From NCBI RefSeq assembly GCF_001194135.2, contig NC_068981.1, forward strand, positions 29,626,279-29,690,152: a stretch of DNA of 63,874 nucleotides, read 5' to 3'. This document shows, in pieces, positions 13,284 through 26,808 of this stretch. A model generated the notes under the pieces. The model made no database searches. It was not told the origin of the DNA and worked only from the letters and a program-made list of their open reading frames with translations. Every line of letters begins with the position of its first letter. The stretch's first letter is position 1. The stretch is from Octopus bimaculoides. Taxonomy: Eukaryota. The translations under genes were made by a program, and so were the position numbers.

Positions 13284-14034
13284 AGAGGATAAATATCAAA
13301 CAATTATTTCTGTGTTTCGGCCTAGGTTTCTTGTGCGTCCTATATCTTCTAGCTATCACCAAGTGTCATCTTAATATTAAACTTCAAAAGCAGATCTTTC
13401 AAGCCTTCTGAGTTGTCCCATTCAAATAGACCTTCTCGCGCACAAATAAGTCAAACGCCTATACATGACGATGTGTGGTGTCAAATATGCATGTGTGGTG
13501 TCAAATATGCATGTATTTATGGGCGTGTAGGGGTATATCAGATATGGGTCTGATCTAAGCTCACTTTAAAAGTGTAAAATCGATATGAATTTCATCAGTC
13601 TGGTATAAAGTATTTTGCACAGAAAGAAAAATGAAACATTAGATTACAAAAAATTCATGCTTATTTTATTGTAAACACTGAAACAAAATAGCCTCCAAGT
13701 GATCATGTAAAAAATTTGACAGAACTTTGTTATGAACCTAATATATTAAATTATATCCATATGTGTGTGGGGGAAGTTTTCGATCCCAATAGGAAAGAGT
13801 TTGTCTTGAACCACAACATCGTTTCAGCACAACCATAGTGTGTGATAGGCGGAAATGTAGAAGCCCGTCAGTGAAAATGTACCTGTTATCCGACAGAGCA
13901 AGAGTAACGCTGAGACGGCAGGAAGTTTACGTCAAGAGTATAAGCATATGTGGAATGTTCAGCGAGTTTCTCTATAATACAGTCAATGAATAGCTATTTC
14001 CGCTGCTCGGCACTTTCGAAACTGACACTACATC

Positions 14035-14103
<69 letters not shown>

Positions 14104-14519
14104 GTATCTATCTATCTATCTATGTGTGTGACCGCGTGCGTATGCGTGCTCATGTGTGTGTCTTTGTGTGTGTTTTGGTATTAGTATATGTATGAATGCA
14201 TGTATGGATGTAATGTGCCCACAGAAAATATTTCCTTCACCATTTCCTTCAGCACTAAAAATAATGATTATTAAATATATAGACTCTGAAAGTCACAATA
14301 GCTGGGTGTGAGAAAACCGTCGATAACATTCTACTCCAATAAGTAACTGGGGTTTTCTTTTATCAATATCTGTATAGAAATACAAAAAACAATTATCTTG
14401 CTGCGATTTAAAATCTATTTGGAGGTAATTTACAGATTGTTTTTTTAGCATAGACACCAGACCATCCTCCATCCTTATGAATGTAATATATTATTGTACG
14501 CCACACTGCTGTTTAATGA

Positions 14520-14790
14520 CATAAGTGTTCAAACGCAGAATCCAGATAAAAATGTCACAGGTAAAAAAGACACAGGGAAAAAGTCACGGGAAAAGTCACA
14601 GGAAACAAATCACAAGGTTTTTGTCGGAGATGGGGTTGTCCGAAAGGTTTTCGTCTTAGGAGGATTTTGTCCGGATCCCATCAAGTAATTGTGACTGTTT
14701 TTCCTATTACTTTATTACGTTCCACCATAAATTGATTATGACTTTTTTTTCCTAGTCTAAGTTGTGACTTTATTATCGGTGACCGAAACG
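14520..14790. mobile_element. Possible foldback/MULE-like MITE relic
   Basis: Direct AAAAGTCAC units on the left, inverted GTGACT(T/G)TT units on the right, and central GGATTTTGTCC units like those of the 30976 array. Confidence 0.3.
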
Positions 14791-15095
14791 CTACTCTGAA
14801 AGAAAATGAAAACAATTTCCACTCATTTCACTGGTTCCCAGTTCAGAATTAGCATATAGATGTCAACATTAAATTTTAGAATTTCTTTTGTCAATTACGA
14901 AAATTAATATAGCAGCATAATGAATTAACACAATGCAACATGAACAAATGTGAGCGCAACGATGTAGGCACTTGACCCGATAGTAATAGGAATCTCAATT
15001 TAAATTTCAAATTTTCAAATTTCTATTAACAACAGTAACGATTTCTGATAGAAACTACTAAAACCATTAGTTTCACGGGAGGTTTATAGTCGATT

Positions 15096-15485
15096 GTGGA
15101 GGCGCAATGACCAGTGGTTAGGGCAGCGGACTCGCGGTGATAGGATCATGGTTTCGATTCCCAGACCGAGCGTTGTGAGTGTTTATTGAGCGAAAACACC
15201 TAAAGCTCCACGAGGCTCCGGCAGGGGATGGTGGTGAACCCTGCTGTATTCTTTCACCACAACTTTCTCTCACTCTTACTTCCTGTTTCTGTTGTGCCTG
15301 TAATTCAAAGGGTCAGCCTTGTCACACTGTGTCACGCTGAATATCCCCGAGAACTATGTTACGGGTACACGTGTCTGTGGAGTGCTCAGCCACTTGCACA
15401 TTAATTTCACGAGCAGGCTGTTCCGTTGATCGGATCAACTGGAACACTCGACGTCGTAAGCGACGGAGTGCCAACAACAACAACA
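15096..15485 (+). mobile_element. SINE family C, full-length, inserted inside an old family B copy
   Basis: GTGGAGGCGCAATGACCAGTGGTTAGG head, GTTTCGATTCCC B-box and (CAA)n tail. The flanks GTCGATT|AGATC... continue a family B sequence. Confidence 0.92.
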
Positions 15486-15840
15486 GATCCTCGCCAGTAT
15501 TTCGATGGAATTTATTTTATAGACCCTCAGATAATCGAAGGCAAGTTCGAAACTGGTAGGATTTGAGTTCAGAACATAAACTGTACAAGGCAACACCATT
15601 TTCATTAGACTTAATAAAATTGTACCGTATTTACTTGTGTATGAGTGGCACTATTTTAGACTTGATTTTAAGCAATAAAACTGAGGTATGCCTTATACTC
15701 ATGGCAAAGCTAAAAAAAATGAAGGAAAAAAATAATAAATTATTGATGCGATTTATACACGAGTAAATATGGTAAGTTAGCCAACGTGGGAGGCCTTTAC
15801 GATGCTGCTTGACTTTCTAAAATTGGCAGTTAAATCTCCA

Positions 15841-16472
15841 CTAAACATATACTATTGTCTTAAAAGAAAATACGGCATATTGGGTTTAACGTGTAAAAAA
15901 GAAAAAGATATTGATCACGGCTGGAACGCATTTCATCATAATATTCAACCCGATCGTGGTCGTTGTTGTTGGCACTCCGTCGCTTACGACGTCGAGGGTT
16001 CCAGTTGATCCGATCTCAACCGAACAGCCTGCTCGTGGAATTAACGTGCAAGTGGCTGAGCACTCCACAGACACGTGTACCCTTAACGTAGTTCTCGGGG
16101 ATATTCAGCGTGACACAGTGTGACAAGGCTGACCCTTTGAATTACAGGCACAACAGAAACAGGAAGTAAGAGTGAGAGAAAGTTGTGGTGAAAGAGTACA
16201 GCAGGGTTCGCCACCATCTCCTGCCGGAGCCTCGTGGAGCTTTAGGTGTTTTCGCTCAATAAACAATCACAACGCCCGGTCTGGAAATCGAAACCGCGAT
16301 CCTTTGATCGTGAGTCCGCTGCCCTAATCACTGGGCCATTGCGCCTCCACTCTAAACATATACTATTGTCTTAAAAGAAAATACGGCATATTGGGATCCA
16401 CGTGTAAAAAAGAAAAAGATATTGATCACGGCTGGAATGCATTTCATCATAATATTCAACCCGATCGTGGTC
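15841..16472. repeat. 121-bp direct repeats (15841-15961 and 16352-16472) bracketing the SINE
   Basis: CTAAACATATACTATTGTCTT...CAACCCGATCGTGGTC is present on both sides, with 4 substitutions. Confidence 0.95.
15962..16350 (-). mobile_element. SINE family C, full-length
   Basis: Reverse complement of the 15096-15485 and 23972-24356 copies over about 390 bp. Confidence 0.92.
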
Positions 16473-17088
16473 AACCAGGGGCTAAAACAACAACATCGAC
16501 AGCAACAGCTAGAAGTCATTTCAATAAACAGCAATAACGCAAAACATATCACGGCTACTACTACGACTACCGGCTTTAGCTTCAAGACATTTGTTATCAC
16601 CTTCAAAACAGCATCGTCCTTGTCGTCTATTTCTAGTTGTTGGTATTGTTGATGTTGGACTTGGTTTTTTTTTTGGTTTTTTTCTCTTTCCTACACAGTC
16701 AAAAGTGATATAGGTTTCTGCACAGCGACATAGAGCTACAACAATCTCGGCCTTGTGCCTTCAATGTACTTACAAGGCCACCTAATAGGAAACAGTGAAG
16801 TGTCAGTCAGTATAGTATTTAAATAGGTTTGTCAGACATCAATCAATGCTTAGCTTTCAAACACCGGCCGACTTTCACTGGCATCAACAGAACTGTTGTT
16901 TACATCGCCCTGCGTGTTTTTGGAATCATGACCTCTTGCAAACAATTTTGTCGGTATGTCCCCCTGTGTCTAACTACTTACTACTCGACTACATGCGACT
17001 TTTTGCATATAAATTCGTGTATGTGTGTGTCTGTGTGTGCGACTGCGCATCTGTTTAAACGTATGTGTGGTTGACCGTGTGCATATAT

Positions 17089-17154
<66 letters not shown>

Positions 17155-18002
17155 GGAAGCCAAAACGTACCATAACTGACACACAAACACAGACGCATAA
17201 GTGTGTGCGCATGCATCAAAAAAGTGTCAGTTGTTTTGTACATCCATATATTCATTCCTCTCTTATACTCTCAACATTTATGTATGCATATTCTTTTATT
17301 CTTTTATGTTTTTCAGCCCAAATACTTTGGCCATGCCGGGGCACCACATGTGCTATCACCTTTTTAACGGCAATACTTTTGTGATTGGCTTTAGTGAAAG
17401 GAAGTGTTCGACATTGCTTGCCCCATCTTTTTTTAATTTCTTGCCGTGATTTTGGATCATCAGTGAGCTTGGACAGCAGGAGATCAAGTTGTTTCTCTCT
17501 CTCTCTCTCTNNNNNNNNNNNNNNNNNNNNNNNNNNNNNNNNNNNNNNNNNNNNNNNNNNNNNNNNNNNNNNNNNNNNNNNNNNNNNNNNNNNNNNNNNN
17601 NNNNNNNNNNNNNNNNNNNNNNNNNNNNNNNNNNNNNNNNNNNNNNNNNNNNNNNNNNNNNNNNNNNNNNNNNNNNNNNNNNNNNNNNNNNNNNNNNNNN
17701 NNNNNNNNNNNNNNNNNNNNNNNNNNNNNNNNNNNNNNNNNNNNNNNNNNNNNNNNNNNNNNNNNNNNNNNNNNNNNNNNNNNNNNNNNNNNNNNNNNNN
17801 NNNNNNNNNNNNNNNNNNNNNNNNNNNNNNNNNNNNNNNNNNNNNNNNNNNNNNNNNNNNNNNNNNNNNNNNNNNNNNNNNNNNNNNNNNNNNNNNNNNN
17901 NNNNNNNNNNNNNNNNNNNNNNNNNNNNNNNNNNNNNNNNNNNNNNNNNNNNNNNNNNNNNNNNNNNNNNNNNNNNNNNNNNNNNNNNNNNNNNNNNNNN
18001 NN

Positions 18003-18263
18003 ACCTTGCCTAAGTGTCTTCTACTATAGCCTCGGACTGACCAAAGCCTTGTGAGTGGATTAGGTAGACGGAAATTGATAGAAGCCCATCATATATGTAT
18101 GTATGGACGTATTTGTGAGTCTGTGCTTGTCCATCGGCAAAAGGGACCGATACAATAAGTACTAGACTTACAAAGAATAAGTCCTGCGGTCGATTCGTTC
18201 GACTAAAGGTGGTGCTCCATCATGGACCCAGGTAAATGACTGAAACAAGTAAAAGAATAGAAT
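18003..18263 (+). mobile_element. SINE family A, 5' part lost in gap
   Basis: Matches the family A body and tail from CCTTG...AAGTGTCTTCTACTATAGCC to CAAGTAAAAGAATAG. Confidence 0.85.
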
Positions 18264-18300
18264 ATATGTACATGTGTGTGTGTATGTGTATGTGTGTGTG

Positions 18301-18335
<35 letters not shown>

Positions 18336-18599
18336 GTGAATATATATATATGAAATGAAGTTCAAGGATGGCCTCAGAATTGCTCTGACACAGACAGGAA
18401 TTTCAGTTGCTGGTTTGGAGAGGGAAGTACCTCAAAACCTTAAGATTAATGAGAAAAAACTTTTTAAAGAGAAGAATAGCACTAACCTTTAGGAAGGAAT
18501 TTCACAAATTGTGTGTATGCTTTAATAAATGTGCGAGCACTTTCAGTTCTCAACGTTATCAAGCACATGTTATGGCTATTGTATATAGCGAAATGTCTT

Positions 18600-20040
18600 T
18601 TAGGTAAAGTTGTTGATTATTTCCGGTTTAGTTTCGGAATCAGAAACCTTATATAATATTCTTCTTTTGCCTTTCGAAGTTGGTCATTTTCTTCATTTAT
18701 TTATAAAAAGGGAATATTGTGAAATTTCCTTGTGTACAGGCGTCTAAGTGGTCGCTGCATGTTATGCGCCTAAGCGATGGATGTTTTAGTTGGTGTCTAT
18801 GCACATTGACACGGTTGGTTTATTTTGTTTTTGTTTCTCCAACATAATTTTCATTGCATCGTGGGCATGTGATACAGTATATCAGATTTTGGTCTTGCAG
18901 TTCCTATTTGCATTTACTTTTAATTCCTTCCCATTTTTGGATTTTCTTGTCTGATCCCTGATTAAACCGCATGTCCTACATCGGGGATCTCCACACTTGG
19001 TTACTTACATGGTTTCTTTCTTTGATGTGAATCTTGCCTTGGTTAGAAGTCTCTTAAAGTTCGGCGGTTGTCTTTAGTTGTTGCCGATATGTTGTTCCTT
19101 AAGTATTTGTCGGAGACTTGGGGACTGGTGAAAAAATTGGTAGGAGGCATTTAGCTGATTGTAGAATGTTGTAGCTCCTGGGATTGTGGATGATAACAAA
19201 TGGAATATTTTTATATGTATTTCCTTGTTTATACTCAGTTTGAGTACATTTTCGTAAGATAGAAATTGGGATACTTTTAGCTTTACTTATAGCTTGGTCT
19301 ATTAGCTTGAAGGGGTATTTTTGCTCTTTTATGGAACAAGTTAAGTTCTGTAAGTCGTCTTTCTCGTCTAGTTGTCCCCGAACTATTGTGAATATTGGTC
19401 TTGCTATATTAAAAGGTATGTTTTTATATAGGTGAAAGATAGCAAGATATAAAGTGTGTCCGTGTTTTTATAATAGAGATAAGTTGTAATAATCTCATTT
19501 TCTTTGCGCATTACAATAACTAGGAAAGTGAATTCCATTTCATTCATTTTCATAGTGAATTGGATTGATCCATGAGTGCTGTTATTTAGTTCAAGAAATC
19601 ATGTAAGATCCTCCTTAGTTTTGTTAAAGAATATAAAAAGTCATCGAAGAATCTTTTCCAGTTTCCCACTAAGTATGACTGGAAGTTTTGGCCAAAAGAA
19701 ATGCTAGATAAAGAGTAGATTTTTTGTCCATATATCCCATTGCTAATGTCGCAAATATCGGTGCTACTTTGGTCCCATTGAGGTTCCACGTATTTCCAGG
19801 TAATATTGGTGGTCAAACAAGAAGTGGCTATTTTAGTCCTTCAACTATGAACACCATGGAGAATCTCTCTTGATTTCTTTGTAGGTGTTTACCCAGAATT
19901 CTACTGCTTCCCGTCCTAAGGTGTGGAGGATATTAGTGTAAACGTTAACTACATCACATTTAAGAAGTCCATATCATCTCTAATTAAACTAGGGACCAAT
20001 TTACATAGAGGTTTTAGAATCACTTCAGGCAAGTTACTTA
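18600..20040 (-). pseudogene. Penelope-like element relic: reverse transcriptase plus GIY-YIG endonuclease, frameshifted
   Basis: Manual minus-strand translation gives LEIRGTSMG/KVAPIFATLAMGY (about 19800-19730), WKRFFDDF (19660-19637), VTKCGDPRCRTCGLI (about 19005-18960) and NLIYCITCPRCNENYVGET (about 18890-18832). This RT, Cys-linker, GIY-YIG order is diagnostic of PLEs. Confidence 0.88.
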
Positions 20041-20048
20041 ATCTTTAG

Positions 20049-20102
<54 letters not shown>

Positions 20103-20294
20103 TCTTTCTCACCATTACTGTTAAAGTACATTTCTCTCTGGAGATGCAATCATCAGATGACATATCAAAATTAAAATGTCAAGAGCATTTAAAGTATTGA
20201 AACCTATTTATTTTTGCGATACTATTTAACCATTGTTTCCTCAGTAAGAAACCTGATAGTAATGCAAAGTACCTTAGGATTAACAAGATTAGTA

Positions 20295-20508
<214 letters not shown>

Positions 20509-22706
20509 TTTTTTTGTTTAACCACTAAGGGCAATTTTATACAGTCATCCACGAAACTGGAAATATTAAGGTTAAGAGTTTAAAAAAACCCATGTGAGGT
20601 AGGACAAACATTTCATGCAAAAAAACGTGGTGTGCATTAGAAACGTTATGCGAAGATATTTATGGAGTAGTTCTAAAATAAGAACTTGGAATAAACGCTA
20701 TGAAAAAATAAGTAAAACAAGATATTTGAAATGTTCATACATTCAGGCTTTCTTTACCGAAGCACAGGATTCGGCCCGACTGAAGGAGCCTGATCAGAAT
20801 ACTGCATACCTGCGCTTTTAGCTTGCTCCTATTGGAGCCTGTTACATTCTAAGTTCTCTTATACCATACGCAAAGTCGAGATAGAACATAACGCTTCTGC
20901 TTGTCCGTTACCGCTTACTGCTGTAATAACTATGTTTATACAATACGCAAGAATCACATTATCAGGACTATTATTAAATATATATATTACAAAGTTCACA
21001 TTAACACTTCTATACGTTGAGGATTAAATGTAAAAAAAATAATAACAATAAAACTTGGAGAAATATTAAAAAGAAGGAGAATGTAACGAAGGAATATAGA
21101 GAAAAATAAGGAAGCCATTGCTGAAATATAAGTGCGTAGATTGTCGCAGCTGGAACCCCATTGCACTATCAAGAGCGGCAGATTGTAGAAAAAAAATATC
21201 TTCAGAGAAAATAGAAATGACGGTTGAGAGAGAGCCGGATACATACATGTTTTGTGTGGGCCGAGTCAAACAGACTTGATAGACTAGAAATTATTGTTGA
21301 AAGAGACAGTTAAGTCTTTAACAAACACCATGATTTTGCTGTCAGGGTTTACAACGACCGATATCACACCTTTCACTGCAAATTTACAGCAACAAGCTCA
21401 ACATAGTGTGAAAGAAAGAAGAGGAAATGTCACTTTTGTGTTCTCTTATTTATTGATTGATTGATTGGTTCATTTATGTTAGTTTACCGTAAATTCTATG
21501 ACGTTTTCTAAAAGCGCTAAAAGGAAACACAAACAATGAGAAAATATTCGAAACAAGAATAATCACAATCAGTACAACGTATAACTACAATGTCAGCGAA
21601 TTATCATTTCTTTATCTTTTTATCCTAGCTTTTATACTGCGTCCTGTAGTCTTCACAACACACACGCACAGATTTATACCCACGCGCGCGCACACGCTTA
21701 TCCACGTATTCTCAGCGCTCTGGTTTCAAATCTCAATGAAATATTTTTTTAAAGACTCTTCCATCTTTCCTGAGTCGATAAAATATAGTACCAGTCAGGT
21801 ACTGGGGTTGTTGTTATCAACGAACCCACTCGCCTCAAACACCTCACTTGCGCTAAAATCAAAGGCTATAATTATTTTTCGTTTATGCCACTGTTTATTT
21901 CAACCTCATTGTGTAGAGTTCGCAACACACTAATTAATTTGTCTTACTCAAAGACTCACACCCATATTTTTGTTATTCTGAGTTCAAATCTCGCCGAGGT
22001 TAAGTCGATAACATTAAGTACCAGTCTAATGCCCGTGTTATCTGTTAACACTTCTGGCTACAACGATTAAGACTACATTGTTGACATGAAGATGTTGCGT
22101 CTATCGACGTCTTGTTCCACAAACACTAGAAGCTTATCACATTTAACGAGGTTCCAAACATTCCCGTTTCTCTTCAACGAGGTCAATTTACGACGCAAAA
22201 GAAAGGGGAAAAATACTACAAGAAACTTATATGATTGTCAATTCCGCCCATCCACCATTCTAAACTGACACTACATTTATCGAACTCGGAAGATGATCCC
22301 GGCGAATTGGAACTCAGATATAGAGACCTAGATCAAATATCGTACGGCATAATATCTGGCACTCCAACGTGCTGTCTATTGTCTTTTCTGTATACCTATT
22401 TGATGTAATGATTTTAAGACAGCGAGTTGCGGAAACGTTATAGCGCCGGAAAAAAATCCCTGCGATATAATATTCGACTAAAAAGCATAAAAAAACATGA
22501 GTTCAATTTCCAGCGAGATTAAGTTTAACTTTCAAACGCTCGTGGTCTATAAAATAAACTACTATTCAAGTACTGCAGACGGTGTTATTAGCTGACCGCT
22601 TCCCTCAAAACTACTGGCCTTCCACCTAAATAAGATAACATTATTAGGAGAGCGATCTAAGGCGGCGAGCTGGAAGAATCGTTAGAAACACACACATACA
22701 CACACA

Positions 22707-22761
<55 letters not shown>

Positions 22762-22764
22762 GAC

Positions 22765-22920
22765 GAGCTTCATTCAGTTTCTCTCTACCAAACCCACTCA
22801 CAAGGCTTTGGTCGACCCAAAGCTATAGTAGAAGGCACTTGCCCAAGGCGCCTCGCCACGGGACTGAACCCGGAACCATACGACTGAGAAGCAAATATCT
22901 TATCACACAGCAACGACTGA
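22765..22920 (-). mobile_element. SINE family A, 5' half, ending at the microsatellite
   Basis: TTCAGTTTCTCTCTACCAAACCCACTCACAAGG...GGACTGAACCCGGAACCAT. Confidence 0.8.
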
Positions 22921-22966
22921 AGAGCTAGACTGAAAATGAACTCACACACACACATATATATATATA

Positions 22967-23400
22967 TCAGGCTGAGTATAAAGTAAGCAACATTTTGAAA
23001 CATGAAATTCATCACAATATATTTCAACAAAGCGGAAATGTTATTCATTAAAGTAGGTGCCATTACAATCAACACATTTTTGCCAACGAGTTACAAGTTT
23101 GTTTATTCCGGTAACATAAAACTCTGGAATTCTGGAGCTGATGAACTCTTTGAACGCACTTTCAGCATCGGTTTGATTTTTGAACTCCTTCTCTCGCGAG
23201 AAATCATCAAGGTGCTTGAAAAGGTGGTAGTCGGTAGGACGAAGGCCTTGGTAATAACCTGAGTGGGGAAGAACTTCGTAGTCAAGTTTCCTCAACTTCT
23301 CGAGCGTCAAAAAATACGGGTCATTCGTGGTTTTATTTCCTCAGTCAAGTTCCAGAAGTCACGACCATTTCGGGCAGTTACACTTGAGATGGTTCGAGCT
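22967..23400 (-). pseudogene. mariner transposase C-terminal fragment with 3' TIR
   Basis: ORF 23041-23310 contains LPHSGYYQGLRPTDYHLF (degenerate PHPPYSPDLAPSDYHLF) and GINKLVTRWQKCVDCNGTYF. A Mos1-like end TA|TCAGGCTGAGTATAAAG lies at 22965-22985. Confidence 0.88.
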
Positions 23401-23971
23401 GGTTGCCCCCCAAAAAGTCTAAGCTAAGAGCATTAGACCCCTTTTTAAGAAAGCTGGTGAATGTGAACGGCAAGAAAGAAAAAAAAACAAACAAACAAAA
23501 AAAATACGGAGAACATGGTACACAATTATGTCTACAAACAAGAAATAAGAACAGGTGTCTTTTGACTGGGAATGAATCATATTGAGCTGGTGTGTTTGAA
23601 TTGAAAGACTAAAGGCAGGAACATAGGGGGATAGGCATATGAAGCGTTGGCGGTCGGTAGTCAGGCCAAGGAATACAGATCAAGGCTGGCCGGACACCGG
23701 TAACGTGGAAAACGCTATACTTACATATATCTAGGCATCTGAATGTTGGTTTGTGTACGTATATTTGCATATGTGTATTTATACACATATATATAATAAA
23801 CATACATATGTTTAGGAGTGTGTACAAGTAATAGCTGTAAGTTTGTATAAGCCGGTGTGTGTGTATATATGCGTGTGTGCATATGTGTTGATGGTGATTA
23901 TATACATCGTGTCATATAAACATATACATACGCAAGTAAAAACTTCATTTTACTTCTTTTACCAATGGTGT

Positions 23972-24356
23972 GTGGAGGCGCAATGGCCCAGTGGTTAGGG
24001 CAGCGGACTCGCGGTCATAGGATCGCGGTTTCGATTCCCAAACCGGGCATTGAGAGTGTTTATTGAGTGAAAACACCTAAAGCTCCACGAGGCTCCGACA
24101 GGTGATTGTGGCGAACCCTGCTGTACTCTTTCACCACAACTTTCTCTCACTCTTACTTCCTGTTTCTGTTGTGCCTGTAATTCAAAGGGTCAGCCTTGTC
24201 ACACTGTGTCACGCTGAATATCCCCGAGAACTACGTTAAGGGTACACGTGTCTGTGGAGTGCTCAGCCACTTGCACGTTAATTTCACGAGCAGGCTGTTT
24301 CATTGATCGGATTAACTGGAACCCTCGACGTCGTAAGGGACGGAGTGCCAACAACA
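23972..24356 (+). mobile_element. SINE family C, full-length with 11-bp TSD
   Basis: ACCAATGGTGT at 23961-23971 and 24357-24367. Confidence 0.93.
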
Positions 24357-25821
24357 ACCAATGGTGTACATNNNNNNNNNNNNNNNNNNNNNNNNNNNNN
24401 NNNNNNNNNNNNNNNNNNNNNNNNNNNNNNNNNNNNNNNNNNNNNNNNNNNNNNNNNNNNNNNNNNNNNNNNNNNNNNNNNNNNNNNNNNNNNNNNNNNN
24501 NNNNNNNNNNNNNNNNNNNNNNNNNNNNNNNNNNNNNNNNNNNNNNNNNNNNNNNNNNNNNNNNNNNNNNNNNNNNNNNNNNNNNNNNNNNNNNNNNNNN
24601 NNNNNNNNNNNNNNNNNNNNNNNNNNNNNNNNNNNNNNNNNNNNNNNNNNNNNNNNNNNNNNNNNNNNNNNNNNNNNNNNNNNNNNNNNNNNNNNNNNNN
24701 NNNNNNNNNNNNNNNNNNNNNNNNNNNNNNNNNNNNNNNNNNNNNNNNNNNNNNNNNNNNNNNNNNNNNNNNNNNNNNNNNNNNNNNNNNNNNNNNNNNN
24801 NNNNNNNNNNNNNNNNNNNNNNNNNNNNNNNNNNNNNNNNNNNNNNNNNNNNNNNNNNNNNNNNNNNNNNNNNNNNNNNNNNNNNNNNNNNNNNNNNNNN
24901 NNNNNNNNNNNNNNNNNNNNNNNNNNNNNNNNNNNNNNNNNNNNNNNNNNNNNNNNNNNNNNNNNNNNNNNNNNNNNNNNNNNNNNNNNNNNNNNNNNNN
25001 NNNNNNNNNNNNNNNNNNNNNNNNNNNNNNNNNNNNNNNNNNNNNNNNNNNNNNNNNNNNNNNNNNNNNNNNNNNNNNNNNNNNNNNNNNNNNNNNNNNN
25101 NNNNNNNNNNNNNNNNNNNNNNNNNNNNNNNNNNNNNNNNNNNNNNNNNNNNNNNNNNNNNNNNNNNNNNNNNNNNNNNNNNNNNNNNNNNNNNNNNNNN
25201 NNNNNNNNNNNNNNNNNNNNNNNNNNNNNNNNNNNNNNNNNNNNNNNNNNNNNNNNNNNNNNNNNNNNNNNNNNNNNNNNNNNNNNNNNNNNNNNNNNNN
25301 NNNNNNNNNNNNNNNNNNNNNNNNNNNNNNNNNNNNNNNNNNTATATATATATATATATATATATATCATTATACACACACAAACATATATGCACACATA
25401 TATATATAATACATTTATATCTCTGTGTGCGTGTGTGTGTCCTGCTGTCTATCTATCTATCTATCTATTTGTGTCATGTAATGTTTTGTTTGTTTTCCTT
25501 CTTTTTCAGTTTTTCTTACTTGACAAACCATTCTTGACAGCATGTCTGACATGGGCTTTCTTGTTGTAAATAAATTTCTTTTGATCACAACTTCAAGGTA
25601 CATAGTCAAGACCTCGCTATGAACTGGCCAGGTGTTTCTCGAGCGCTATATGTAGGTGTATGTATGTATGTTTCTATGTGTGTATGTGTAGGTGTATGTG
25701 TGTGTGTGTGTGTGTGCATGTGTGTGTGCTTGTATGTGTTTATTTACGTGCGTGTATATCTTTACATGTGTATACACATATGTACATGTGTATATACACA
25801 TACATAGATCCAGAAGTATAA

Positions 25822-25823
25822 TG

Positions 25824-25896
<73 letters not shown>

Positions 25897-26186
25897 CAAG
25901 AAGAAGAAGAAGAAGAAGAAGAAGAAGAAGAAGAAGAAGAAGAAGAAGAAGAAGAAGGGGAAGAAGAATATNNNNNNNNNNNNNNNNNNNNNNNNNNNNN
26001 NNNNNNNNNNNNNNNNNNNNNNNNNNNNNNNNNNNNNNNNNNNNNNNNNNNNNNNNNNNNNNNNNNNNNNNNNNNNNNNNNNNNNNNNNNNNNNNNNNNN
26101 NNNNNNNNNNNNNNNNNNNNNNNNNNNNNNNNNNNNNNNNNNNNNNNNNNNNNNNNNNNNNNNNNNNNNNNNNNNNNNNNNNNNNN

Positions 26187-26250
<64 letters not shown>

Positions 26251-26326
26251 CAAGAAGAAGAAGAAGAAGAAGAAGAAGAAGAAGAAGAAGAAGAAGAAGA
26301 AGAAGAAGAAGGGGAAGAAGAATATC
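25822..26326. repeat. (AAT)n-GAC-(AAG)n-GGGGAAGAAGAATAT block duplicated on both sides of a gap
   Basis: The same compound array ends at 25971 and again at about 26325. Probable assembly overlap. Confidence 0.85.
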
Positions 26327-26426
26327 CATACGCAAACACACAAACACACACACAAAAGTGCCAGCATATATTTTACAAGCCATACGGGTGTGTGTGTGTG
26401 TGTGTGTGTATATATTTTATATATCA

Positions 26427-26808
26427 ACCACATGGTTCCGGGTTCAGTCCCACTGCGTGGCACCTTGGGCAAGTGTCTTCTACTATAGCCTCGGCCCGAC
26501 CAAAGCCTTGTGAGTGGAGTTGGTAGAGGGAAACTGAAAGAATCCCGTCGTATATATGTATATATGTATATATATATGTGTGTGTGTGTTTGTGTGTCTG
26601 TGTTTGTCCCCCAAACCTCGCTTGACAACCGATGCTGGTGTGTTTAAGTCCCCGTAACTTAGCGGTTCGGAAAAAGAGACCGATAGAATAAGTACTAGGC
26701 TTACAAAATAATAAGTCCTGGGGTCGATTTGCTCGACTAAAGGCGGTGCTCCAGCATGGACGCAGTCAAATGACTGAAACAAGTAAAAGAGTAAAAGAAT
26801 AAAAGAAT
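26427..26808 (+). mobile_element. SINE family A, slightly 5'-truncated
   Basis: High similarity to 3281-3680. Confidence 0.9.

Noticed and set aside
12164-13514. Exact 20-bp tandem duplications at 12164-12203 and 13471-13510
   Set aside because: They are ordinary replication or repair micro-duplications inside decayed repeats.
13840-13960. Cluster of ETS-like (CGGAAATG, CAGGAAGT) and CRE-half (ACGTCA) motifs
   Set aside because: Short motifs are expected by chance, and there is no transcript or conservation evidence.
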